Source: a bacterium
GTDB lineage: Bacteria; Patescibacteriota; CG2-30-54-11; JBAXVQ01
NCBI GenBank assembly: GCA_037128935.1
Contig: JBAXVQ010000001.1
Span: forward strand, 60,124-124,123
DNA length: 64,000 nt
Direction of reading: 5' to 3'
This document shows, piece by piece, positions 35,848 to 45,630 of the stretch. A program made the position numbers and the translations under genes. The notes beneath the pieces are model-generated. The model was not told the origin of the DNA and did not search any database. It saw only the letters and a list, made by a program, of their open reading frames with translations. Positions within the stretch are counted from its first letter, which is position 1. Each line of letters starts with the position of its first letter.

Positions 35848-35923
35848 TGGCGGGCCCGACCGGATTCGAACCGGCGATCACCTGCGTGACAGGCAGGTAT
35901 GTTAACCGCTACACCACGAGCCC
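35848..35923 (-). tRNA. tRNA-Asp (anticodon GUC), CCA encoded
   Basis: GGGCTCGTGGTGTAGCGGTTAACATACCTGCCTGTCACGCAGGTGATCGCCGGTTCGAATCCGGTCGGGCCCGCCA. The anticodon arm is identical to E. coli tRNA-Asp. Confidence 0.85.
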
Positions 35924-36027
35924 TGAAATCTAATAAGGTGTTTTCTTAGGGAAAACAACGATATTAGGATAGTGGAAATTGGGGGGGGCGTCAAATGACT
36001 AAAGTCATTTTTTCTAGTGAGAGATGT

Positions 36028-36957
36028 TTAGTCGATTACGTGTGTCCCTTTTGTATTTATTTTCGAAACATACACCGTGCTCTCCTGCCCTTCTTTCAGA
36101 AATGCTTTCTGCATGGCGCGTCCGATGGCTTCGGCATCTGGTTTTTCTGTGGCGAAGGCGAGCATGGAGGGGCCGGCTCCGCTGATGGTGGCGTTGGTGG
36201 CACCGGTGAGGATGGCGGTTCGTTTTACTTCGTCGAAACCAGGGATGAGCATCTTTCTATAACGTTCGATAACGAGGTCGTAAAATCCTGAAAGGAACAG
36301 GCTTGTATCTTGTTGTACAACGCCGGTGATCATTTTTGCTGTGTTGAGATTGTTTTGGACTGCATCTTTGAGAGAAACTTTTTCTGGAAGGATTGATCGG
36401 GCGAGTTTGGTTTCCAGTTGCATATGTGGGTAGACAACGATAACCCAGAGATCGGGTAGGGTTCCGATGACTCGGCCGCGGAGTGGTTTTAGATTTGTGG
36501 TGACTACAACACTTCCTAGCATAGCAGCGACACAGTTTTCACCGTAGTTTGTGGTGATGGTGTGTTCGGCGATGCCGGAGATTTCTACGAGTTCGTCTTT
36601 AGAAAGCTTTTCTCCGGTGAGTATATTGGCGGCGAATGCGGCTGCACATGCTGATGCAGAGCTACTGCCGAGGCCACTCGAAATTGGCATTTGTTTTTCT
36701 ATCGTGAGTTCAATGCCGATTGAGGAGTTTATCTTTTTTAGCACTTCAATCGCGGCGACACCTGCGGTGTTTTTTTCTGCTGCACGTGGGAGAAAATTAT
36801 TGTCACCGATGATGTCTACTATGGTCACACCTGGTTTTTCTACCTGACGAGCCCACACAATGTCGCCTGGTTTTTCTACTGCAAGTGCAAGAATGTCAAA
36901 GCCTGGACCAAGGTTGGCTACGGTTGCGGGTGAAAATACTTTTATCCAGTCGCTCAC
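36028..36957 (-). CDS. thrB: homoserine kinase (GHMP kinase family)
   Basis: N-terminal VFSPATVANLGPGFDILALAV and GHMP motif PISSGLGSSSASACAAAFA. 309 aa. Confidence 0.75.
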   Translation of the reverse strand: MSDWIKVFSPATVANLGPGFDILALAVEKPGDIVWARQVEKPGVTIVDIIGDNNFLPRAAEKNTAGVAAIEVLKKINSSIGIELTIEKQMPISSGLGSSSASACAAAFAANILTGEKLSKDELVEISGIAEHTITTNYGENCVAAMLGSVVVTTNLKPLRGRVIGTLPDLWVIVVYPHMQLETKLARSILPEKVSLKDAVQNNLNTAKMITGVVQQDTSLFLSGFYDLVIERYRKMLIPGFDEVKRTAILTGATNATISGAGPSMLAFATEKPDAEAIGRAMQKAFLKEGQESTVYVSKINTKGTHVID

Positions 36958-37469
36958 AGGTTTTCTCCGAAAACTACTTCATCACCAATGCTTATACTGT
37001 TTTTATTACTGAATCCTTCATTAACTTCCAACACAAACATACCTTCTTTTTTGGGTTCGTAGTTTGGGCAGGGATCTTGTTTGCAAGGTGCTGCGTGAAT
37101 AATGTCGACTATCTTTTTATCTTTGTCAGCAAAGATCATCTCTAAGGGGATGAGTGTGTTTTTCATCCAAAAGGCATAGCGAAATGGGTAGTTAAAGAGG
37201 AACATCATCCCTTGGTTTTCTGGCAAACTGGTTTGGTACATAAGTCCGTAACTATGCTCTTCTGGGCTAGCGGCGATTTCGGCAGTGATGGTTGTCGATT
37301 TTCCCTGCTGGTTCAGGATTGAGATGATACGCTTTGCATAGGTTGGTCGAGGTGGAGGTGTGGGAGCGGTGTTTGCTTGTTGTTGGGAGGTAGGTGTTGC
37401 ACAGCTAGTGAGCAGGATGATTACTATGCTTGCAATCAGTGTTGTGAGGAATCGGTTGTGTTTATGCAT
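36954..37469 (-). CDS. DUF192 family protein
   Basis: GLMYQTSLPENQGMMFLF...FWMKNTLIPLEMIFADKDKKIVDI...FVLEVNEGFS. Has a signal/TM N-terminus. Confidence 0.75.
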   Translation of the reverse strand: MHKHNRFLTTLIASIVIILLTSCATPTSQQQANTAPTPPPRPTYAKRIISILNQQGKSTTITAEIAASPEEHSYGLMYQTSLPENQGMMFLFNYPFRYAFWMKNTLIPLEMIFADKDKKIVDIIHAAPCKQDPCPNYEPKKEGMFVLEVNEGFSNKNSISIGDEVVFGENL

Positions 37470-38211
37470 TGAGAATTTCCTCTGGGATGTCGAAGTTGGC
37501 GTAGGTTTTTTGGACGTCTTCGTTTTCTTCTAGTTCGTCGAGCAGTCTGAAGATCTGTTCGGCGGTTTTTTTATCTTCAATTTTTACGGTGTTCTTTGGT
37601 ACTTGGGTGATTTCGGATGAGAGTATGGTGTTGCCTTGTTTTTCTGCACCGTTTTTGACAGTTTCTAACTGGTCTGGGGCACAGATAATTTCGAGGTTTC
37701 CTTCGCCTGCTTCAGTGACATCTTCGCTACCGAGATCTATGAGTTCAAGCATGGCATTTTCTAAATCTGTGTTTTTGGGCTTTAGTATGATGACGCCTTT
37801 GGTCTCAAACATCCATGCCACACAGCCAGTTTCACCAAGGTTTCCGCCGTTGCTGCTGAAAATGTGGCGAATGGAGGAGGATGCTCGGTTGCGGTTGTCG
37901 GTCATAATGTCGACGAGAACGGCAACACCTGCTGGTCCGTACCCTTCGTAGGTAACTTCTTCGTAGTTTACGGATTCACCACCTTCTCCGGTACCTTTTT
38001 TGATAGCTCGTTCAATGTTGGAGTTCGGCATGTTGGCTTCACGGCCTTTTTGAACGGCTAGTCTTAGGCGAAAGTTTCCATCTACACTACCCCCACCAAT
38101 TTTGGCGGCGATGGTGATTTCTTTGGCAAGTTTGGTGAATGCTGCACCACGTTTTGCATCTTTGACTGCTTTTTGGCGTTTAATTGTTGACCATTTGGAG
38201 TGTCCGGACAT
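37462..38211 (-). CDS. yebC: YebC/PmpR family DNA-binding transcriptional regulator
   Basis: MSGHSKWSTIKRQKAVKDAKRGAAFTKLAKEITIAAKIGG. 249 aa. Confidence 0.9.
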   Translation of the reverse strand: MSGHSKWSTIKRQKAVKDAKRGAAFTKLAKEITIAAKIGGGSVDGNFRLRLAVQKGREANMPNSNIERAIKKGTGEGGESVNYEEVTYEGYGPAGVAVLVDIMTDNRNRASSSIRHIFSSNGGNLGETGCVAWMFETKGVIILKPKNTDLENAMLELIDLGSEDVTEAGEGNLEIICAPDQLETVKNGAEKQGNTILSSEITQVPKNTVKIEDKKTAEQIFRLLDELEENEDVQKTYANFDIPEEILNA

Positions 38212-38242
38212 AGTAGTACTTCTTTAAGTAAATAGTGGTTTG

Positions 38243-38626
38243 TTACTTTTCAACTATAGCGATTACTTCGATTTCGACCAAGACGTCTTTGGGGAGACGA
38301 GCAACTTGGACGGTGCTGCGGGCAGGGAAATTGTTGGTGAAGTATTCGGCGTAGATAGTGTTCATGCCGGCAAAGTTGTTCATATCGCTGAGGAATACGG
38401 TGCTTTTGATGACGTTTTCGAATGAGGATCCGGCTTCGGTGAGGACGGCTTTGAGGTTTTCTAGGACTTGTTTGGCTTGGGTGGTGATGTCGGATCCTAC
38501 GACTTCTCCGGTTTGGGGGTGGAGGGGGATTTGGCCGGAGGTGAAGAGGAGGTTTTGGAATTTGACGGCTTGGGAGTAGGGGCCGACGGCTATTGGGGCG
38601 TTTTCTGGGGTTATGATCGTTTTCAT
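38243..38626 (-). CDS. ridA: RidA/YjgF family reactive-intermediate deaminase
   Basis: Family pattern including [13 protein letters not shown] and [21 protein letters not shown]. 127 aa. Confidence 0.85.
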   Translation of the reverse strand: MKTIITPENAPIAVGPYSQAVKFQNLLFTSGQIPLHPQTGEVVGSDITTQAKQVLENLKAVLTEAGSSFENVIKSTVFLSDMNNFAGMNTIYAEYFTNNFPARSTVQVARLPKDVLVEIEVIAIVEK

Positions 38627-38690
38627 GGGTGGGTTGATTCCTGTTTGTGGTTTTATTGTAGCGTTTTTTTTGGGGTGGAGGCTAGGGGGA

Positions 38691-38963
38691 GAAATGCCTA
38701 CGAATGTTTTTTATTGCGGGTGGTTTTTTATTTTCTGGTTGCTGGGGTGTTGGGGCGCCGCACATCGTTTTCTTCGAAGTCGTTATTGGCACTAACTACT
38801 TTTTGTCCGTCGTCACAAAAAGTAGCAAAAAGGACTCGCCTCTCAAACGTCTCAGAGAGGGTGTCGGCCATTGAGAGGCGGAATGCCAGAGAGCTGCGGA
38901 GCTGAGGATTGTTCAGTGGGTGGTTATACTTGTTCCAATGAAGTACTGCGTTGGGAGAATGCG
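38691..38963 (+). repeat. intergenic repeat element, copy A (~273 bp)
   Basis: About 88% identical to 59391-59676. Begins with GAAATGCCTACGAATG. Contains a conserved 10-bp-stem hairpin cgcctctcaa...ttgagaggcg. Confidence 0.8.
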
Positions 38964-39009
38964 TTTTGGTGCGTTCTGCAGCTGCGCTTTAGAATGGCGG
39001 GTTTTGGGG

Positions 39010-40251
39010 TTATTGTTTGAAGATTTTGAAGTCTTGCCAGAAGTGGGGGTAGGTTTTGGAGACGCAGGAGGGGTTTTCTATGATGATATCGGGTTTTACG
39101 AGTTGAAGGACGGCGAAGCTCATGGCCATGCGGTGGTCGTTGTAGGTGGCGATGGAGACGTTGTTGTTTAGTTTGTCGAGGGTGGTGCCGTGGATGGTGA
39201 GGGTGTCGTCAGTGGAATCTGTTTTTACTCCGAGTTTGCCGAGCTCGTTTTGTAAAGCTAGGATGCGGTCGGTTTCTTTGTGGCGGAGGGTGCCGATGCC
39301 GGTGATGGTTGATATTGCCGGAATTATGGCTGCAAGTGGTGCTAGGGTTTGGACTACGTCGGGGATTGTATTCATGTTGAATGCGTGTGACTGTGTGGTC
39401 AGTTTTGCACATGAAATGCCGATTTTGTTTGATTCTTTTATCGGAGTTGCTCCAAGTTTTTCGAGAAGCTCGATAAAATGCACATCGCCTTGCTTTGAGT
39501 CTGTTCCAAGGTTTGTGATTTCTACTGGTGTATTTGTTAGAAAGGCTGCGGCGAGAAAATAGGATGCGGCGGAGGCATCGGCTTCGATGGTGTATTCTTG
39601 GGAGATGTATCGTTGATGGGCGGGAATAGTGAATTGTTTGTAGTTGTGGTTTGTTGCTCTTGCAGCAAAGGATTGCATGACGTCCAGAGTGATATCTACG
39701 TAGGGTTTTGAGGAAAGTTCATCCGTAATGGTGATGACAGTATCGTTTGCTGCATAAGGCGCAATCATCATTAACGAGCTTAGGTATTGGCTGGAAGTTT
39801 TTCCTGAAATGGAAATATTGCCACCAGGGAAAATATTTCCTTTGATTATGAGTGGAGGATACCCTTCTTTGTTGCTATAGGCAATCGAACAGCCGCTTGC
39901 TTGCAAGCTTTCGACAAGCGCTTTGATAGGTCTTTCCTGCATGCGCTCATCACCGGTAATCACTGTTTTTGCGGGGATTGTGGTGAGGAGGGAAGTGAGA
40001 AAACGCATCGCTGTGCCGGCGTTTCCGATGTAAAGTTCGGTGTTTTTGGGTTTAAAAGTTCCGCCATGTACTCTAACGGTTGTTCCTTCAATTTCAAATC
40101 TGATGCCAAGTTTCGTTAAGGCTTCTATCATGTATTTTGTGTCGTCGCTGTGGAGGACGTGGTGGAGCTTGCTGGTTCCTTTTGCAAGGCTGGCGATGAG
40201 GAGTGCGCGATTTGTGATGCTTTTTGAGCCGGGTAGGGTTATAGAAAGCAT
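39010..40251 (-). CDS. aroA: 3-phosphoshikimate 1-carboxyvinyltransferase (EPSP synthase)
   Basis: LPGSKSITNRALLIASLAKGTSKL and a full-length EPSPS pattern. 413 aa. Confidence 0.9.
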   Translation of the reverse strand: MLSITLPGSKSITNRALLIASLAKGTSKLHHVLHSDDTKYMIEALTKLGIRFEIEGTTVRVHGGTFKPKNTELYIGNAGTAMRFLTSLLTTIPAKTVITGDERMQERPIKALVESLQASGCSIAYSNKEGYPPLIIKGNIFPGGNISISGKTSSQYLSSLMMIAPYAANDTVITITDELSSKPYVDITLDVMQSFAARATNHNYKQFTIPAHQRYISQEYTIEADASAASYFLAAAFLTNTPVEITNLGTDSKQGDVHFIELLEKLGATPIKESNKIGISCAKLTTQSHAFNMNTIPDVVQTLAPLAAIIPAISTITGIGTLRHKETDRILALQNELGKLGVKTDSTDDTLTIHGTTLDKLNNNVSIATYNDHRMAMSFAVLQLVKPDIIIENPSCVSKTYPHFWQDFKIFKQ

Positions 40252-40283
40252 GAGGTGTTATTTATACAGTAATTTACTAAAAA

Positions 40284-40898
40284 TTAGGTTGTTGGACTGG
40301 TGGTTTTTTTATATTGGAGAAAGCTGTCAGCGATAAGTTTGAGTTGTGCTAGACGATTGCTTTCTGGTGCGATGTTCATGCCTTGCTCGATGACAATAAG
40401 GGCTTCGCTGAACTTTTCCATGTACAGATAACATTCTGCAAGATCTTCCATAGCTTCGACGTAGAAACCATCGAACTGGATGCTTTTCTTCAGTTGTGCA
40501 ATGCCTTCTTCTCTTTTTCCCAAATGAAATTGTACCCATCCGATTGATCTGATGACGTCGATATCCTCGGGATCCATGGAGTAAGCCGAATTAAGGTATT
40601 GAAGAGAGAGACGCCATTTTCTCTGCAGGGAATAGATATAGCCTAGATAGTAGTTGCAATCGAGATTTTCCGATTCGGCGTCGTAGGCATATTGAGCTTT
40701 TTGGAGAATTTGTTCAAGCTCTTTGTCTGTGAGGTTGCTTCGATTGAGTAAAATGTCGATCTGTTCGAGGTAGCTTTCGACGCAGTCTGGATATTCTACG
40801 GAAATTTCTTCGAGCACCATAAGCGCTTCTTCTTCGAATCCCATTCGTTTGAGTTCTTGGGCATCTCTCAATAGTTCATCAAGATTAAACTTTTTCAC
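40284..40898 (-). CDS. tetratricopeptide-repeat protein
   Basis: Repeated TPR-like helices (AQYAYDAESENLDCNYYLGYIYSLQRKW...). Confidence 0.6.
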   Translation of the reverse strand: MKKFNLDELLRDAQELKRMGFEEEALMVLEEISVEYPDCVESYLEQIDILLNRSNLTDKELEQILQKAQYAYDAESENLDCNYYLGYIYSLQRKWRLSLQYLNSAYSMDPEDIDVIRSIGWVQFHLGKREEGIAQLKKSIQFDGFYVEAMEDLAECYLYMEKFSEALIVIEQGMNIAPESNRLAQLKLIADSFLQYKKTTSPTT

Positions 40899-41119
40899 GG
40901 GTACTCTCCTTGACTGCCTTATCGTTAAGTAGTTTTGCGGGTCTTAATTCAGTAGGGAACAGTTATTTATTCCCTTACTGATGCCCTATTGTACGCTTTT
41001 TTTCTGAAGTTGCAAGGCTCTGGAGATTACTTATGGGGACGGGGAAATTGAGGTGGTTTTTTTATTTTTGAACTTAAGATGAACATTATCAGCTTAAAAA
41101 TTCTTCATTTTTTTTATTT

Positions 41120-41148
41120 TTGACATTTACATATGTGCTAAATATATT
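41120..41148 (+). promoter_or_regulatory. candidate sigma70 promoter
   Basis: TTGACA-17 nt-TATATT. It lies ~45 nt upstream of the GGAG RBS / ATG at 41196. Confidence 0.45.
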
Positions 41149-41195
41149 TTAACTATGTGTTGGTGTTTTTTTTATTTGCTCTTGGAGATTCAAAT

Positions 41196-43052
41196 ATGAT
41201 TTTTAAAAGGTGTCTTTTGGCTGTTGTTTGTTTGCTGTCTATTGTTGTTTTTTTTGCAGCTAAAGAAAGGACTGTTCAAGCTCAAGGGATGGTTGTGGTT
41301 ATTAATAAATTTCTACCTAAACAGGCTTCCGACTGGAATGGAGATGGCATTGTTGACGGAAATGATGAGTGGATAGAGCTTTACAATACTAAACCTGATC
41401 CTATTAGCTTGCTTGGATGGAAAATAGATGACGTTGCAGGAGGTGGGAGTAAGGAGTATACGATTGCTCAAGAAAGTAGTATTGCAGGGTTTGGTACGCT
41501 GGTGTTTTTTAAAAAGCAGACCGGTGTGATTTTAAATGATACAGGGGATACTGTTCGGTTAACTGATCCTGCAGGGAATGTGGATGAGTATGTGTATAGT
41601 GCTTCACAGGTTAGTGCGGATGTTGCAGTTGGTCGTTGTCCTGCTGGAAGTTCAACATGGGTTCTTCTTGCGTCGCCTGTGATTGGTTCTATTTCATGCG
41701 CTTTTCCTGCTACTATGACAGAAACAGTTTTTCCTACTGAGATTTTCACGGAAACAGTAACCGCAACGCCAGAAATGATTGTTACGGAAACGGCTACAGA
41801 GACAGCGATTGCTGATTTTTCTGAAACTCCGCTTTTAGAGTTGACCGTTACTCCATTATCGTCCTTGACTAGTACAATTACTGCTACACACATTGCGTCA
41901 ATGCAAAATTCAAACACTCCAACACGTACTAGAACAATCACTATCACTGTAACTCCTAGTGCAACAGTTACGATTACTGTAACAATGGTTATTCCACAAT
42001 GTGCAGATGTGGTGTTGAATGAGGTCTTGGCTGCACCGTCTGCTCAGTTAGGAGAGGAATGGGTGGAGTTGTATAATCGAGAATCAGTTCCGGTGCAGTT
42101 GCTGCAGTGGCAGTTGGATGATGTGGAGAGTGGTGGAAGCAAGGTCTATAGTATTTCTACACCTGTTGTTGTTCAGCCTCATGGTTGGCTGGTATTGTCT
42201 CAAAGTGATACAAAAATCAATTTTAATAATGATGGCGATACTGTGCGTTTGTTATGTCCTGATGGTTCGCTTGTGGATAGTTTTAGCTATGTTCAGACTA
42301 AGACGGATTTTTCTTGGGGAAGGTATCCTGATGGGAGTGGCGAATGGGTGGGAGAAATGGCAGGAACGCGTGATCTTGCGAATGTGTTGCTTGCTACGGC
42401 AACAGCTACCTTTGGGGAGCAAAGTACTGCTACTTCCAAAGCAGTCGTTTTAGCAACGGTAACAAAAACAGCAACTTTTTTCATTTCCACTCCAACTGCA
42501 ATTTCCACGCAAGCTATACCCTACGGTGTTATAGAATTGAGCGAATTTTTGCCAGCACCTGGTTCTTCCCATGACTGGGATGGGAGTGGTAAAGCTGATG
42601 GCGATGATGAATGGATTGAGCTTTACAATTCCTCTGATGCGATGGTTAATTTGTCGGGATGGATGCTTGATGATGGAGAAAATGGAAGCAAGGCGTATGT
42701 GTTGCCTGCAACTGCATCTATCGGGGTGAATGGTTATGCTGTTTTCTACAAAAAAGATACTAAAATCGCTTTGAATAATGATACCGATACTGTACGTTTA
42801 CTTCGACCAGACGGCACTATTGAGGAAAGCTACCTTTATTCGAAGGCCAAGACAGATCAGTCTTTTGTGAAAGTTGCGGGTGCTTGGCAGCTTTCTAGTA
42901 GTCCTAGTCCTGGGTATTCAACAAGTGGTGCATTAACTGCTTCTCCAGTTTCTTCCGCAGAATTGCCAGTGACAGGAATGGTGACGGTATCGTTGGGGAG
43001 TTTATTATTGATAGTGGGAGTAGTGTTTGGAAAGTTAGTATTTCGTTGGTGA
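41196..43052 (+). CDS. cell-surface protein with three lamin-tail domains and C-terminal LPXTG sortase anchor
   Basis: Signal peptide. Three LTD units, each with EWIELYN...LGWKIDD/LLQWQLDD/LSGWMLDD...NNDGDTVRL. Thr-rich linkers. C-terminal LPVTG followed by a hydrophobic segment and a basic tail. The track ORF starts at 41157; ATG 41196 with an RBS is preferred. Confidence 0.75.
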   Translation: MIFKRCLLAVVCLLSIVVFFAAKERTVQAQGMVVVINKFLPKQASDWNGDGIVDGNDEWIELYNTKPDPISLLGWKIDDVAGGGSKEYTIAQESSIAGFGTLVFFKKQTGVILNDTGDTVRLTDPAGNVDEYVYSASQVSADVAVGRCPAGSSTWVLLASPVIGSISCAFPATMTETVFPTEIFTETVTATPEMIVTETATETAIADFSETPLLELTVTPLSSLTSTITATHIASMQNSNTPTRTRTITITVTPSATVTITVTMVIPQCADVVLNEVLAAPSAQLGEEWVELYNRESVPVQLLQWQLDDVESGGSKVYSISTPVVVQPHGWLVLSQSDTKINFNNDGDTVRLLCPDGSLVDSFSYVQTKTDFSWGRYPDGSGEWVGEMAGTRDLANVLLATATATFGEQSTATSKAVVLATVTKTATFFISTPTAISTQAIPYGVIELSEFLPAPGSSHDWDGSGKADGDDEWIELYNSSDAMVNLSGWMLDDGENGSKAYVLPATASIGVNGYAVFYKKDTKIALNNDTDTVRLLRPDGTIEESYLYSKAKTDQSFVKVAGAWQLSSSPSPGYSTSGALTASPVSSAELPVTGMVTVSLGSLLLIVGVVFGKLVFRW

Positions 43053-43130
43053 GTGTGGATTTTGTGCTGATGTCTTGTAGAAAAAAAGACCATGTGTTGT
43101 AATGAAATCACTAGTGAATGAGGCTTTTTT

Positions 43131-43637
43131 ATGCGATTTTTTACCTCAATTTTTTCTGCACAAAATGCCCAAGTGCTGCTCTTTTTCTTTTCCTTCTTTT
43201 TTCTTTTTCTTTGGTTTGGTACGGTTGTCTGGGTGTATCAGGATCTTAAGCTTCGAACGCGTAGTCAGCTTTTGTTTACTTGTGCGTTGTTGCTTGCCAT
43301 TTGTTTCCCATTTGCTGGTCTGATTTTTTACTTTCTGTTTCGTCCACATATTACTCTTGAAGAGCAGCAATTTGCAGATTGGGAAAAGATGCTGCTTTAT
43401 CATGAAATCAAACAACATCCACGATGTCCTTATTGCACTGAATTTGTTGAGAAGGATTTCGTTGTTTGCCCGTCCTGCCTAAAAAACATCCGTTCGATTT
43501 GTAGAACTTGTGATCGGGTACTTGAGCTTGCTTGGGAAGTTTGCCCTTTTTGCGCTTCACGTCCGAATGTTGCTCCAGTGCGAGTTGCAGACGACGATCA
43601 TGGAGAAAAAGTGGCGAGGAAGCATAAGAGCGTGTAA
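43131..43637 (+). CDS. membrane protein with PLDc_N-like N-terminal TM domain and double zinc ribbon
   Basis: LWFGTVVWVYQD...LLLAICFPFAGLIFYFLFRP, then CPYC...CPSC...CRTC...CPFC. Confidence 0.5.
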   Translation: MRFFTSIFSAQNAQVLLFFFSFFFLFLWFGTVVWVYQDLKLRTRSQLLFTCALLLAICFPFAGLIFYFLFRPHITLEEQQFADWEKMLLYHEIKQHPRCPYCTEFVEKDFVVCPSCLKNIRSICRTCDRVLELAWEVCPFCASRPNVAPVRVADDDHGEKVARKHKSV

Positions 43638-43687
43638 TGGTGCTGGAGCAGAAGTGGAACTGATGTTAATTTATGTGTTTTTTTTTC

Positions 43688-45385
43688 TTACATCTTGTTG
43701 ACTACATTGATTCCCAGAAGATTAAGACCGGTTTTTAGAAGCTCAGCGGTTGCTTGGCTGAGAGCTAGGCGGAATTTTTGCTGTGTTTTTTCTGCTTTAA
43801 GAATGGGAACTTGTTGATAGAATGTGTTGAAAAGACTTGCAAGTTCGTACAGATAAGTTGAGAGGATGTTTGGTGAGTATTCTTTAGCGGCTTCTTCAAT
43901 GGCTTCTCCAAAATAGAGAAATTTTCTCAGTAAGCTTTTTTCACTTTCTGTTAGTTCAAGTTTTTGCCCTGGAATCTCTGTGCTTTCTGTCGCTTTAGTG
44001 ATGACGGAAAGGATTCGTGCATAAGTGTACTGGAGGTAGGGTCCACTGTTTCCGTGTAGGTTTAATACTTTTTCCCAATCGAAGACAATATCAGTTTTTC
44101 GGTTTTGAGAGAGGTCGTTGTATTTTACTGCGCCGATACCAATGGTTTTTGCAATGCTTTTCTTCTCTTCTTCTGTCAAACCTTCGCGATCTTTAACCAT
44201 TTCGTAAGCGCGTGTCACCGCATCTTCTAACACCTGTTCCAAGAATATTACACGACCTTTTCTAGTAGACATCTTTCCTTCTGGAAGCCTCATGAGCCCG
44301 AAGTTGATGTGTAGGATTTCATGGGTGCTGCCGATTTGTTTTCTTACCGCTGCAAGTTGTTTGAAATAGAGTGCTTGTTCGTTGCTGACGACGTGGAGTA
44401 CTTTGAGGGGATGAAACTGTTCTTCGTAATATTTGTCAGCGGCGAGATCCCTTGTCAGATAAAGGGTAGCTCCATCAGACCGCTGTATCAGTGTTGATGG
44501 GAGTGTTGGGTGGTCATTGAGTACGGCAACTGAGTTGTCTTCGTTTTGTACCGCAATACCTTTTTTGAGAGCTTCTTGAATGATTTCTTCCAGCATGTTT
44601 TGATAGAAACTTTCACCGTGGATGAAGGTGAACGAGGTTTCCAGTCGTTCGTATAGTTTGTGGAGTTCTTTTTTGCTTTCTTTGACAACCCAATTCCAAA
44701 GAGCCAGATTTTCAGTATCACCGTTTTCTAGTTTTTTAAATTCTTCCCGAGCATTATCTTCAAGTGTTGGATCGGTTTCAGCTTTTGTATGAAAGTCTAC
44801 GTAGAGTTGGAGGAATTCATGGATAGGATCTTTTTTTACGGTTGCTTCATTTCCCCAACTTTTATAGGCGTAGATGAGTTTGCCAAACTGTGTTCCCCAA
44901 TCGCCAAGATAGTTATCTGCAATGACGTTGTACCCTAAATGTATGAATATTCGTTTGAGAGATTCTCCAATGATTGTAGAACGGAGGTGTCCGATGCTGA
45001 GTGGTTTTGCGACGTTGGGGTGTGAATATTCTACGATAATCGTTTGTGGTTTGTCATGACTTCTTTTTTCAAACAGTTCTTTTTGCGAAAGGATGGTGCT
45101 GAGATTGTTTAGTACCGCTTCATCAGTGAGTTTGAAATTTATAAACCCTGGTCCGGCAACAGTACAGTTGGATATACATTGGTGTTCAGCTATACTAGCA
45201 ACAATTTTTTCTGCTACAGTTCGTGGATTCTCACCGATTATTTTTCCTAATTGAAGGGCGACTGGGGTCGCATATTCACCAAACTCTTCTTTTTGAGGAG
45301 GGGTAAGTGATATTTCAGGGCATAGCACTTCTGGCCAAAGAGTTTCTATGGATTTTTTTATATACGTGATCAGTAGTTTTTTCAT
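43688..45385 (-). CDS. argS: arginine--tRNA ligase
   Basis: HIGH motif PLSIGHLRSTIIGE and a DALR anticodon-binding C-terminal region. 565 aa. Confidence 0.9.
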   Translation of the reverse strand: MKKLLITYIKKSIETLWPEVLCPEISLTPPQKEEFGEYATPVALQLGKIIGENPRTVAEKIVASIAEHQCISNCTVAGPGFINFKLTDEAVLNNLSTILSQKELFEKRSHDKPQTIIVEYSHPNVAKPLSIGHLRSTIIGESLKRIFIHLGYNVIADNYLGDWGTQFGKLIYAYKSWGNEATVKKDPIHEFLQLYVDFHTKAETDPTLEDNAREEFKKLENGDTENLALWNWVVKESKKELHKLYERLETSFTFIHGESFYQNMLEEIIQEALKKGIAVQNEDNSVAVLNDHPTLPSTLIQRSDGATLYLTRDLAADKYYEEQFHPLKVLHVVSNEQALYFKQLAAVRKQIGSTHEILHINFGLMRLPEGKMSTRKGRVIFLEQVLEDAVTRAYEMVKDREGLTEEEKKSIAKTIGIGAVKYNDLSQNRKTDIVFDWEKVLNLHGNSGPYLQYTYARILSVITKATESTEIPGQKLELTESEKSLLRKFLYFGEAIEEAAKEYSPNILSTYLYELASLFNTFYQQVPILKAEKTQQKFRLALSQATAELLKTGLNLLGINVVNKM

Positions 45386-45630
45386 GTAGAGTCAGTAATT
45401 AACGACAGTGTTCAGTATACGATGTAATGAGCGAAGTTGAAAGGTTGAGCCACTGTTTAAAATCTTGTTATTTCAGCTGGGGGTTTGCTACGAAGCGGTT
45501 TTTGTGCTATGATGTCTTGATTTACTACTATAATTATAAGAATTTTTTTTACATCATGTTTTTGCTGTTCAAAGACTTTGACAAGGGAAAAGTCTGAGTA
45601 TAGCATACAAAATAGAATGGAGAAGTCTAT

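Noticed and set aside
38358-39171. Several plus-strand ORFs encoding Gly/Val/Phe-rich proteins (38358..38579, 38468..38905, 38613..38795, 38920..39171)
   Set aside because: They lie antisense to ridA and aroA and across the non-coding repeat element A. Their composition is the typical GC-skew artifact and they have no RBS.
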